Shown: positions 39,410 to 50,765 of the stretch, piece after piece
Layout of the letters: every line of letters begins with the position of its first letter
Numbering within the stretch: the stretch's first letter is position 1
Source: Camelus ferus
Taxonomy: Eukaryota
Assembly: GCF_009834535.1 (NCBI RefSeq)
Contig: NC_045697.1
Coordinates: 5,768,001 to 5,832,000 of the forward strand
Length of the DNA stretch: 64,000 nucleotides
Reading direction: 5' to 3'
The notes under the pieces: generated by a model
Databases searched by the model: none
What the model saw: only the letters and a program-made list of their open reading frames with translations
Told to the model about the DNA's origin: nothing
Position numbers and translations under genes: made by a program

Positions 39410-40512
39410 CTGTATGAGACCGTTTGTGAAGCTCCAAATTGCTTGGGTGTTTAAAAGGTTTTCCACACAATTCACACGTGTACTGTCTCTGTGACTGAAG
39501 CGTCTGGGACTGGTCTTCCAGGGCTGCAGGGTCCTCCGGCCTCTCCATTTCATTCCCACAATTAAAACTCTCAGAACTGATGAGTTCTTCTCTTTCCTTT
39601 TCTTCAGCACTTTGGCTGTCCACTTTTTCTCTACTGTCTTCGTTAGCAGATTCTGTCCTCTTTGTTAAACTGTCATCTGATTTGGGTTCAGATGTTGGCT
39701 CTGCAGATTTCTGCGACTTTAGGAAATTGAGCTTCCTAAGGTGAATGGCCTTTTTGAGCCTCATCTGTCTGGTGGGTTGTTGGTATGCGTTGTCTGACTC
39801 GGGGTCCGGGGCAGAGTCACTCAAAGGCGGGGCCAGGAAGTTGGAAGGCAAGTGCTCCGAGGACTCCAGGACGCACTCGGAATGACTGACAGCACAGGGC
39901 TGGTGTTCTGCGCCATGAAGCTCTGGGGATGCGCTGAAGGGGAAAGGCTGCTCGATGACCCTCTCATGACTGGGACAAGAGGCCTGCTTATAGTATTGCT
40001 TACTGTAAAAGTTTCTGAGTTTGTAGTAATAGTTTGGCTGTTTGAAAGGCAGTTCTGGACAGCTGCCATCCAGTGTCTCAGGGGCTTGTTTGGATGTTTC
40101 AGCTGTGGAATGATGAAGACTAAGTGACGATGGAGCGTGAGAATGTGATTCGTCCAAAGCTTTACTCTGCTGAGCACCTGCTGAACACTCCTGCAGCAAA
40201 TGGGGCGGATAGTTTTCACTGATAACACAATTAGTGTCGGGAGCCAAAGTGCCCTGCAGGGAGAACGCGCTGTTACAAGGCAGGACAGGTGGCTGGTCTA
40301 CAGTGGCTGACTTTAAAAATGTGTGACACAGATGCAGAACGTTTTGAACCTGCAAACACTGTGCTATGTCCAGCATTCCTTGTATGTTGTCCTGGTTAAG
40401 ATCGAGATGAGATGTGTACATGAAGTCCAGGATCTGCCCAATGCCACTGACATTTTTAATATCCAGGTGAAAAACATCATTCTTCTGGCCTGAAGAATTC
40501 TGAAAGAGGCTC
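39410..40512 (-). CDS. ZBTB49: ZBTB49 large coding exon (rest of BTB, linker, zinc finger 1)
   Basis: Acceptor TTTATCAG|G; SLFQNSSGQKNDVFHLDIKNVSGIGQILDFMYTS...YTCELCGKPFKHPSNLELHKRSHTG; donor CAG|GTACAC; 1103 nt, phase matches neighbours; overlaps ORF 39327..40421. Confidence 0.96.
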
Positions 40513-40956
40513 CTGATAAAAGAAAGGATATGTGCTTACAGTGCTAACAAGGAATACATTCTGATAGCTTTTTCTTATGAATAATATTCATGTTAACATT
40601 TATAATTACTATGCTTCTATAAATGCCAGGATTTTAAAATTAAGTCTGCTTTCATCCTTTGGAAAATTTTGATAAGACATCCAATAAAGCAATCCAGATG
40701 AATTAAATTAGCATGTTGAATATCCAAACTTCCAAGTAAATCTCAAAGTAAAATTCTGAAACATACTCATTGCTCTTTTTTTTTAAAATGTAGTTATCCA
40801 TGTGTATTATTAATTGCATACAGATAAGAATATAGAAAACTAAAGAATACACATTTTTTAATATTTCATGTTTAGTCTGACAAGTTATAGATCTCAGGCC
40901 ATAAAACACATGCAACAACATTTCCATATCTAAGTATCTTAAAAACATCTGAAAAG

Positions 40957-41712
40957 GATGGACCTAGAGATGATCATTTTAAGTGAAGTAAGTCAGACAC
41001 AGAAAGACAAATATCATATGATATCACTTATATATGAAATATAAAAAAAAATTATACAAATCTTATTTATAAACCGAAAATAGACTTATAGACATAGAAA
41101 ACAAACTATGGTTACTAAAGGGGAAAGGGCGAGGGAAGATTAAATTAGGAGTTGGGATTAACAAACACACATTACTATGTATAAAATAGATAAAATCAAG
41201 GACCTACTGTATAGCATAGAGAACTATATTTAATTTCTTACAACATATAAGGGAAAAAATCTGAAAAAATATATGTATGTATATGTATAACTGAATCACC
41301 TTGCTGTACACCTAAAATTAACATTGTACATCAACTACACTTCAACAAAAAACAAAATTTTAAAAAGTCTGGAAAAAAAAAAGAAGAGAAAAAGACAAAT
41401 GAACATAAATATAAAACAGAAACAGATTCATAGACATAGAATACAAACATGTGGTTGCCAAGGAGGAAGGGGGTGGGAAGGGACAGACTGGGAGTTTGAA
41501 ATTTGTAAATACTGACAGGTATATATAGAATAGATAAACAAGATTATACTGTATAGCAACAGGGAAATATATACAAGAACTTGTGGTAGCTCATGGTGAA
41601 AAAGATGTGACAATGAATATATGTATGTTCGTGTATAACTGAAAAATTGTGCTCTACACTGGAAATTGACACAACATTGTAAACCGACTACAACTCAATA
41701 AAATTTTTTAAA
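40957..41712 (+). mobile_element. Two tandem L1 3' ends (about 40957-41360 and 41385-41712)
   Basis: ATGGACCTAGAGATGATCATTTTAAGTGAAGTAAGTCAGACACAGAAAGACAAATATC...; the second copy ends ACAACATTGTAAACCGACTACAACTCAATAAAA. Confidence 0.85.
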
Positions 41713-42258
41713 AAGTCTGAAAATAAAAATAGCTTTAATAAAACAATCCTAGATATATATTCATTTTTTAAAACTTTAATTTGTTAATTGTGGCAAAACA
41801 TACATGTCAAACACTTGACTATGGTTCATATGATAAATTCAGTGGCATTGAGTACATTCATATAGTTGTGCAACCATCACCACTACCCAATTCTAGAAAC
41901 TTTTCATCATCCCAAACAGAAACTCTATACCTTATACCCATTAAACTATAACTCCCATTCTCCCGAGCCCCTCAGCCCCTGGTGACCACCATTCTACTTT
42001 CTGTCTCTAGGTACTTGATAAATACTCATTTTGTAAGCAGTAATTTATCTGGCTGTCTGAGGTTTTTTAGCAACCCAATGGTCCATAAGCCAGCAGTGAG
42101 AGAGACTATAAATTAATGGCTGAGTGAGGTAAGTTCTCTTGCAAGTTTGTTAAAGACATTTTATCAAATGCTTCCTCCAAATAGCCTTCAGTTCTGTTCT
42201 TACTTAAGGAAAGTACAAATCAGAAGTAGGGTGGGGAAAACTGAAACTAGCCAATGTG

Positions 42259-42350
42259 GGGGTGGGTGGCTATGGCTCAAGGGGAGAGCGCATGCCTAGC
42301 ATGCACGAGGTCCTGGGCTCAACGCCTAGTACCTCCATTAAAAAAAAAAT
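42259..42350 (+). mobile_element. tRNA-derived SINE (camelid-type)
   Basis: GAGAGCGCATGCCTAGCATGCACGAGGTCCTGGGCTCAACGCCTAGTACCTCCATT followed by poly(A). Confidence 0.8.
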
Positions 42351-43172
42351 AGCCAGTTTATCACCACATCTCGACCAAATTGTCCTGTGAAGACAGAAGA
42401 AACGGCAAAGCCCAGGGATGGGACCACCCTGCACAGGGGCAAGAAGCACTGCCGACCTGAGCGAGCAGATCCACACGACCTGCAGCACATGTGACAGCTG
42501 AGCTTCGAACTGATCATTCAGGATTGTCACGGAAAGATTAAATCCTGTTCCGCTTTAGGGAAAGAAAGGTACTGAAAACAGCACTTTAGTGCTTAGTGAG
42601 ATAAATCTAGTTAATCAGAAAATGTTTGTAGAACACTTAACTCTAATGTTAAAAATAAATGATATACTATTGCTTAATATTATCATTTATAAGTAAATCT
42701 TCCATTGAGGCAAAAATGATTACAGGGATAGGTAAATTAAATTCAAACCTGTTTTCTTAGAATAGGCAAATGGGAAACAAAAACTAAAATGTTTTAATTA
42801 AAAGAAAAAAAAATAGCATACAAGATGTTCCCCCTCTGTGAGTACTCATCCCAGAAACGTTCCTACCAGAAATTCGATTCCTCAACCTTTTATCCTGAAA
42901 GGCTAAGAAAGGTATATCTAAGACTAACATTCATTAGAACTATTAAAATCAAAGACAAAGTGCCAAAATACTTTCAATCACCCCTAATATATTTTAGTTA
43001 AATGGCTCTTTTCCTCTCAGGTGACTTTAAATACAAAAGAAAAAGGCCACAATGTGTTACAAAAGACAAAGAGAGTGAAATCCAAGGAGAAAATAAAGTC
43101 CAGGCAGGATAGCGCCACGCTAGAAGAGCGTTCCCTCCGTACGACCAGAGGAACAGAGTCGAGAGCGCGTAC

Positions 43173-43324
43173 CTGAAGTACTGGCTGAAAGCTGCCAGGA
43201 CGTTCTTATGTGCTTTAAAGCAGACTCCTTTCACCACCAACATGCAGTCGCAGAGCAGGCCCTGAATGCGCTGCTCGTGCAGCTGCTGGAGGAGGTGGCA
43301 GCTGTGAGTAACAACTGGGTCCAT
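43173..43324 (-). CDS. ZBTB49: ZBTB49 first coding exon (N-terminal BTB/POZ); exon itself starts at 43343 with 19 nt of 5'UTR
   Basis: ATG at 43324-43322; [50 protein letters not shown](R) is a BTB start; acceptor AG at 43345-43344; donor CAG|GTACGC after 43173; 152 coding nt. Confidence 0.96.
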
Positions 43325-43484
43325 GCTCAAGCATCCAGGAGACCTACGACAAAGAACGTGGATCCATGGTGACTCTCGACGCCATGATGGGAAGCTCAGC
43401 AGCTGATCTGTGGTTCACTGTCATGATTCCCTGTCTCAACAGTTTTAACAAACAAACAAAAAATCGCTTCTTGAGCATCTAGAC

Positions 43485-43660
43485 CAATGCTGTTCGACAG
43501 AATCATCTGCAGTGATGGACACACTCCTTCTCTGCACTGCTCAGCGCAGTCGCCATGAGCCACGTGAGGCCACTGAGCCCTGGAAGTGTGATGAGTGCGC
43601 AGGAGGAACCGCACGTTCAATTTAATTTATACGTTAACAGTCACCGTACTTGACACTGCA
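43485..43660 (+). mobile_element. MER3-like hAT-Charlie element
   Basis: CAATGCTGTTCGACAGAATCATCTGCAGTGATGGA...GCCACGTGAGGCCACTGAGC. Confidence 0.6.
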
Positions 43661-46600
43661 GATCTAGGCTATGACCGTGCTAATACTATGTGAACCTCTC
43701 TCACCTCTACTTAGATCACTTCACTGAAAGACACAGACATAAACTCTTACAAGGTTAGAAAAAAGCCCAACAGGACAAGATCAAACCAATATTGAGCATC
43801 TGTATACGGAGCACTGAATTAGAAGCTGAGGAAAATTAAGAACCTATTTGGGGAGACAAGGTACAAGCCAAAATAAATTAACCACCACCACTAGACAATG
43901 ATTAAAGACGTATCGCAAAGCAGCATGTCCACTCACTCGCCCCCTCGTGACTCTGACAAGGCACTGCTCTAGCAGGAACCGAACGCACTGGGGGCAGAAA
44001 TACTGGCATGTGTGAGATCGGAGGCAGGAGCTGAGTGTGTGGCTGAAGCCCAGGGCGTGGTAGGACATGACTTCTCAGGAAGGGGAGAGGAGCGGAGGGG
44101 AAAGACATGCAGCGGGTCAGACGAAGAGCCCTGCAGAGCCTCTTAAGAACCTTGACTTTGAATCCGAGTGAGAGGGAAGCCATTATGCAGATACGGAGAG
44201 TTCCATCATTCAGCATCCATTTGCTGACGACTGTGCGCCAGGCTCCAGGGCCACAAAGGTCAGCAAAGCCTCCAGGCTCCCACCCTCCAGAAGCTTCAGT
44301 TCTAGGGGAGGAAACACACACAAAAGCACACGACAAACAGCCAAGCAAAACAGTCCGAGCTGGATGCTCGATGAGCTAAACCGTGGGCTCTGATGTTCAG
44401 GAGCTCAGTCTAGTCAGAGATGGTTTTGGGAAGAGGAAAAGTAGGGAGAAATGAGGTCAGACTGGGATGAGACTATGGATGTTGGTATTAAAAACTAAAA
44501 AGCCATTATCTGCTTTATTTGCTTTCATCCTTAGTACCTAAGCATGACTGAAAAAGTCTCTAAACCATGAAGAATCTAAGCTTGTTAACATGGCCTCTAC
44601 TTTACTATTAGCAGTATTATTACTGTTAGTATTATTATTAGCCTTGTCTCCTGTCACTCCCAGGTGTGCCAGCCCAAATAAACTACCTGCAGCTCCCCAA
44701 GGGAGCCGAGCTCCTAACCAGCGCTGGAGCCCCCGCCCACTACTCACTGCCCGACTTCCCTCATCCTATTTCACAGGTTATCGAGATAATTGTGAGAACC
44801 CACATGATCATTTAGAAATAAATGCATCTGGCATATATGATGTAGTCAACAAACGTTATCTAGGAGGGACACCTGGAGAGCCTGAGAAAATGCAGTGTCC
44901 GGGGGCCTCTGCATTGTAAGCAACCAGGTGATTCTGAAGCAGGTGGACTGCAGACCTCTGCTGTGCTCTCTCCTAAAAAGCCTCTGGTTCTGACACTTCC
45001 TGTCCTGGGAAGACTTTATTTATGTCTGACTCTCCCACCTTCTGGATAACGCCCACTCCCCCACCAGGGATCAGCCGAGCTGTCATCTGACGCCTTTCCT
45101 GTCACAATCCTTCTTCCCCACAGTTCCCTCCTCAAGTCTGCCCTGGGGTCACTCCTCTGCAACCTTACTGCACACACACTTCAGTAAGATGACCTGTCCT
45201 TATGCCTCAGCTTGTCCTTGTGTCTCCCACTCTGCTGTGAGTTCTGAGGGTACCATCTGACTCCCCTTCGCCTGGCACACAGCAGACGCTCCACCGCTGA
45301 AACGCTCGCTGCTCTGCACACGCTTGCTCTGTGGCTGGTTAATGACGGTTAGTTTCCTGTTTCCTCCCGCTCTACGCTCCCCACAAGCGCTCTCCTACAT
45401 CCTTTCCCTTCTCCTCATTCCCACCACCTCTCTTCCATGCAAATGACCATGATCCTGATTTCACTAAGAAGGCTGAGCCCATGGGTAACTTGCTATAACC
45501 TGACTGCCTTTAAATTCTTTTTTCAGTTTCAGATTTCCCCCTCACCTCTCCCCCTCAATCCCTTCAGCCTCATAGGATGAAGTGTGCCTTCTCCTTAACT
45601 TCCCTTCCCGTCTCCTCTAGGACTTCCCTTCATCATTACCCAACTCTGTCCTCCACCGGCTCACCCATCCCCTAACACACCAAGATCATCCTATGTGGGA
45701 AAAAAGCAAAACAAACCTCTCCCTAGGTACACGTTGTCATCAGAGGCCCCTCTTTCAGCAGTCCACACAACACCCTGCTTCCCTTCCACCTTACAGCCCT
45801 GCTGCCCAATCGCTGCGCTGAGACAGACTTTCCCACGGTGCTGCCCTCAGTCCCATCCTGCCCAGCTTTCCTGCGACAGGTGGTGGAGCAGCCTGCTCAC
45901 CTCCGTCCTGAAATCCTTCCCTGTGCAGCCCACTTCTGGTTTTCTCTGTCCTGATCTGTTCCTTCTCTACACTGTACTTTTCCTCTGCAAGCCCCCCAAG
46001 TGTTCCTGTCCCTTAAGAGTCAGCACCTGGGCCCTCTTCTCTTTCCCTTGACAACCACATCTATTTTTGGTCTTCATCTGCTCTAAGCAGACAACTCCTA
46101 AATTTGCAGGTTTAGCTTCAACCACCACTTCCAAATGTCCAGCTTTCTGCTAAACACCTCTAACTGTATGACCCCCTCAGCTCAGAGTCTCCAACACTCA
46201 CCTCCCATCATCTCACCCCCTTATCCTGATTCCTCTATTTCTGCCTGGAAACCTCAGTTTCTGATATGTAGAGTCTGGGGAACTGGCATGATCTCTTGGT
46301 GTGAGATTCGGGTGGGATTCAGAGATGACATCATCTACAAAGAGCAACGCGGAAGCACTGGGAGTGGATATATTATCCCAAACAAACAAGGAAAGGGGAG
46401 CATTATGTCAGATGACGGGCACTGTCCCCAGAGCTGAATCCTCAAGGGTGTTGAACACCCAAACGACTAAGTGACCAGTTACTGTCCCTGCCCCATGGCT
46501 GCCTGAACACAAAAGGCTTCTTGGTTCATTACTATGAGCTATCATTTACTGATGACTTACTACAGGCTGGGCACTGTGCTAAGCATATTCTATCCATCAA

Positions 46601-47224
46601 CTCAAAAAGTGCTACAAGAATCCTATTATCATTTTACAAGTGAGGAAATTACGAAATGAGGAGTTTAACTCACCCAAGATTGTAAAACTGCTGTGTTCCA
46701 AAGCCAGGACTTAAATCCTGGTTCCTAAGTCCTGGAGCCCATGCCCTTGAGAAAAAGAACATTAAAAACAACACAAAACCTTCCTCCAAAGACTTAAATG
46801 TTAAAATACAGCAAATACTCTGAATCTACATTAGATATTCTCTAGCTATTTAGAAGTGGCATGCCAAATTATGAACATTCCACAATTTACTCTGACTATA
46901 AAAACTGTAACTATTCTATATTACTCAGTATAGTTCTCTAATTGCTTCATGATGTCAATCCTGTACCTCCCCAATAAGATAATAAAAAGCTCCACAAAAA
47001 GAATTGGTGTCCTATATTTATTACGTGTCCTATGAATAATAGCTATAAACAATAACATATCATGTGCCTAGTCACAAATAATAAAAATATTTATCAAACA
47101 TTTCCTCTGTGCCAGGCACTATTCTAAGCCCTTTACACATATTAACTCATTTAATTCTCAGAATAACTGTTAGAGAGAAACTACACACTACTGGCCTCAT
47201 TTCACAGATGAGGACAACAATGAA

Positions 47225-47732
47225 CTTGGTAGATTAAAGATGACCACAACTTCTCTGACACTCCTCCCTAGGGGAGGTGGGATCTAGGTCTCTTCTTCCT
47301 GAACCTGAGCAGCCTCTGCCTTAATCAATAGAACAGGTAAAGCTGTGCTCACTTCTGGACCCAGGCCCTATGAGTCAACAGCTTCCACCTTCCATCTTTT
47401 GGACACTGGCTCTCGAAGGCCTGGGTAGGCACTGGGACCGTAAGTCGCCCAGCTGGAGAGAACACACAGAGCAGGAGAAGGGCTCAGGTGAGCCCAGGCT
47501 TCCAGCCATCCCTTCCCAGGTACCAGATATGGGAGCAAAGCCACAATGAAAGCTCCAGATCAGCCCCACCTCCAGCCGAATACCACGTCCAGCCCACACC
47601 ACGTGGAGCTGAAGAACTGCCCAGCGGAGCCCTGCCTGAGTTCCTGACCCACAGAACTGTGAGATGAAATAAAACAGTTTTTAAGTCACTACATTTTGAG
47701 GTAGTTTGGCACACAGCAATAGATAACCTGAC
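47225..47732 (+). mobile_element. Older MaLR (MLT1-type) LTR
   Basis: TAAAGATGACCACAACTTCTCTGACACTCCTCCC...CTGACCCACAGAACTGTGAGATGAAATAAA...CACACAGCAATAGATAAC. Confidence 0.75.
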
Positions 47733-49285
47733 CAGAGCTACAGACACAGCTAATAATAGGTCATCAATAAGGGACAGAGTTGGGATTTAAACACAGAGAA
47801 TCTGACTCCAAGGCCCACATGCTAAGGCAACACCCTGGATTACATGCTACAGCTCCAAGGCCTTCCTTGAATAAAATCAGTAGCCTCTTCCGTCTACTAC
47901 CTATGCCTGATTGTCCAGGTGACCCTACAGATAAGCACCGAAGTAAAGCACAGCACGTGAGGATGAGTGCGTGCAACATAGCCATTGTGTGTTGGGATAC
48001 CAGGAGTGTGGGGCTCTCTCCATCTCTGCGGCTAACTCACTTGGTGACAAGGAACAAATATCTCCTGCCTTGTTGATCAACACATCTTTGTTACCTAGAA
48101 GAATGCTTTGCTCACCAACGGTGCTCAATACATGGTTTCTGGATGATGGAGACTCTGGGCCTCAGTTTTCTCATCTGTAAAATGGAGGGGTCTCTCATCG
48201 GGTTAGATACTCTCTAGGGCATCTTTCTGTTCTAAACGCTATAAATCTATACCAAGAATGTGACAGTGGAAAGATGGATTCAATGGCATCAAAGGGAATG
48301 TAAATATGGGAAAAGAGGAAAAGAAAAACATAAGAAAACACTCAGGCAAATGTGAATGAAGAGGTGCTTCCAAAGGGAACAAGAGTCAGAATGGAACTTT
48401 ATCCTGTAGAAAGTGCTCCAGGAGCAAAGGTCCCTCTGTTCTATGGGGCAATTTACCCACTGGCCAACCCCAAAGGAAAGAATGTGTGGAAGTCTGTGCA
48501 GTGAGGTCACTGATCGATGACTTCTCCAAGGGTCCACAGTGTACACACCTCAGCACTGCACTGGCCTTAGAGCGGTCCTGCCTTCCACTTTGGCCACCCT
48601 GCTTTTCAAATGGCTTGTTTCCAAACCCCCGCCCCAACCCTAATGACAAAACCACTGGCTACAGCAAACAAGTCTGGAGTCCTGTCTCAGCACTACAATG
48701 ACCTTAGGATGCTATATGGACCAATCCAGTTGAGCCAATGTTGGGTGCCTAATATGCGTAAGACATTGTGGTGAGGATGGAAGGCTGCTCCACTGAGGAT
48801 GGACTGCTCCCTGCCCTTCCTAGGCTGTGTCTCAGTTTTCACATCATTCACTTAACTCCACTGAGTGTCCATCATATGTTGGGAACTAAGGTATGACAGT
48901 GAACAACTCAGACATGGTCATCTGGGCCTTCATGAAGCATCAGTTCAGTGGAAGAAACAAGACTAGCACTGCACCGGGGATATTAAATGGGGGAGGCACA
49001 AACTAATTTGGGGAATGAGGGTCAGAAGAAAACTTTCTGGAGGAAGAGACATCTATGCTGTAACCTGAAAGTTCAGTTTGCCACAGAGAGTGCCAGGAGA
49101 GCTCACCCTGAGTTTTCAGAGGGAGCAAATGAATAAAAAAAAAAAAATTGCAGGAGAGCACAAACAAGGATGAGGTGCACATACATGCCCTGCACACTAA
49201 CATACCCTGCTTTCAAACCTCTTGGCCCCTCTGTCACTTCTGTTGGACAGTCTTTCCTTTCTTGTCCATTCTGGTGAATTCCTTC

Positions 49286-49664
49286 TGTTATGGGCTGAAT
49301 TGTGTTCCCCAAAAATCCATATGTTGAAGTATTACCCAGGACCTCAGAACGTGACTGTGTTTGGAGAGCAGGCCTTAAACAGGTAATTAAGTTAAAATGG
49401 GGCAGTTAGGGTAGATCCCAATGCAATCTGACTGATGTTCCTATAAGAGGAAGTCTGGACACAGACACCAAGGATGCTGGAACAGAGGCAAGACCAGGCG
49501 AGGACAGGGCCAGAAGGTGGGCGTCTGCGAGCCAACAAGAGCTGCCTCAGAAGCAACCAAACCTGTCGACACCTTGATCTTGGTTCTAGTTTCCAGAACT
49601 GTGAGAATCTGTTGTTCAAGTCCCCTAGGCTATGGTATTTCGTTATGGCTGGCCCTCGCATACA
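49286..49664 (+). mobile_element. MaLR (MLT1A-like) solo LTR next to the CpG island
   Basis: TGTTATGGGCTGAATTGTGTTCCCCAAAAATCCATATGTTGAAG...TTCCAGAACTGTGAGAAT. Confidence 0.85.
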
Positions 49665-50446
49665 CCCTCTATTCCAGGCCCCACACTGCTCACCTGCAGA
49701 GTGAAACCCTCCTTATCACCCACAGACCCCCACCCTACGGCTAATGCTGCTTACCATTCTCTGTTCATACCCCCGTTCAACTTTCATTCATTTATTCATT
49801 CAAGCAACACACTTAGTGACCACCGCTGTGTGCCGGACCTGTCTTTAGGGCTGAAAGAGTAGTTAAGCCATTAAGCGGCAGGCACTCTGCTGAGCGCTTT
49901 CCCTTCACAACTCGTGAAGCCCTACGGGAACCCACCGAGTAAGAACTGCTATTGCACCCGTTTTACAGAAGCGGAACTGAGGCACAGAGAGGTCGCTGGG
50001 CACTGAGACAGCTGGCTAGGAGCTCTGTAGTCTTAAGCAGTACCCTCAACTACAGTGTGATGGGGGAAACGGGCGCCGGGAGCCGGGGAGCCAGGGCGGG
50101 GAGGGACCTGCAGCGTCCCGGGCGGCCGGGAGCAACGAGCCGGAGGCCGGCTAGGGCCCCGGGTTGGGCTTCCAGGCCGAGGGAGCTGCACGAGGGAGAA
50201 GGCCCCGCTCCAGGACCGGGACTGGGCCTCCGTGTCTCTGAGCCAGAGCACGGCGCGGCCGCGGGGTAACTCACGCCGGACCCGGCAGCTCCCCTGACCC
50301 TCGCGGCGCCCGGGGATGCGCGGGCGGCCGCGGGTCCATGCCCTGCCCGGCCCTCGGGAGCCCGGCCGGGACTCCGGGCCGCTCCCCGCGCGCCGGACCC
50401 CGCACGCCCTCGCGAGGCCGGCCTACCCGCCCGGCGACCACCTTAC

Positions 50447-50550
50447 CCTCGGAGGCCGCTCCCCGTCCCGCCGCCTCCTCTTCACCTGCCGCCGTCGCAG
50501 CCCTCAGCGCCTCTGGCCCGGCTCTGCCGGCAGCGGAACCATTGCGACAA
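50447..50550 (-). other. ZBTB49: ZBTB49 non-coding exon 1 (5' end approximate)
   Basis: Strong donor GAGG|GTAAGG after 50447 inside the CpG island; the start site is inferred only; an alternative donor GC|GTGAGT lies after 50275. Confidence 0.6.
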
Positions 50551-50644
50551 CGCCCCCAAGGCCGGCCGGACCCGCCCTCCAGCTTCCGGATGCGTCACTT
50601 CCGCCAAGGGGGTGTGGCCGCGGCGCGCAGGCGCGCGGAGAGGC

Positions 50645-50765
50645 TCAGAAGCGAATTCTACGCGGGGAAGCTCAGGAGGGAGGTGGAGGCTCCGCTGGGC
50701 GGGCGGCGGCGATCCCACGTGCTCTCCCGGGCCGGTTGAAACCGTTGGCGGGCGCTGGCTGAGAG
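50645..50765 (+). other. LYAR: LYAR non-coding exon 1 (5' end approximate)
   Basis: Donor GAG|GTGAGG after 50765 in the CpG island, divergent from ZBTB49 exon 1. Confidence 0.6.

Noticed and set aside
23031..43324. Calling ZBTB49 a pseudogene
   Set aside because: Only one lesion; all splice sites, exon phases, the promoter and the downstream frame are intact.
44590..44919. ORF with a signal-peptide-like N-terminus (MASTLLLAVLLLLVLLLALS)
   Set aside because: The hydrophobic run comes from a (TTA/GTA)n-like low-complexity stretch, and the rest appears repeat-derived in ZBTB49 intron 1.
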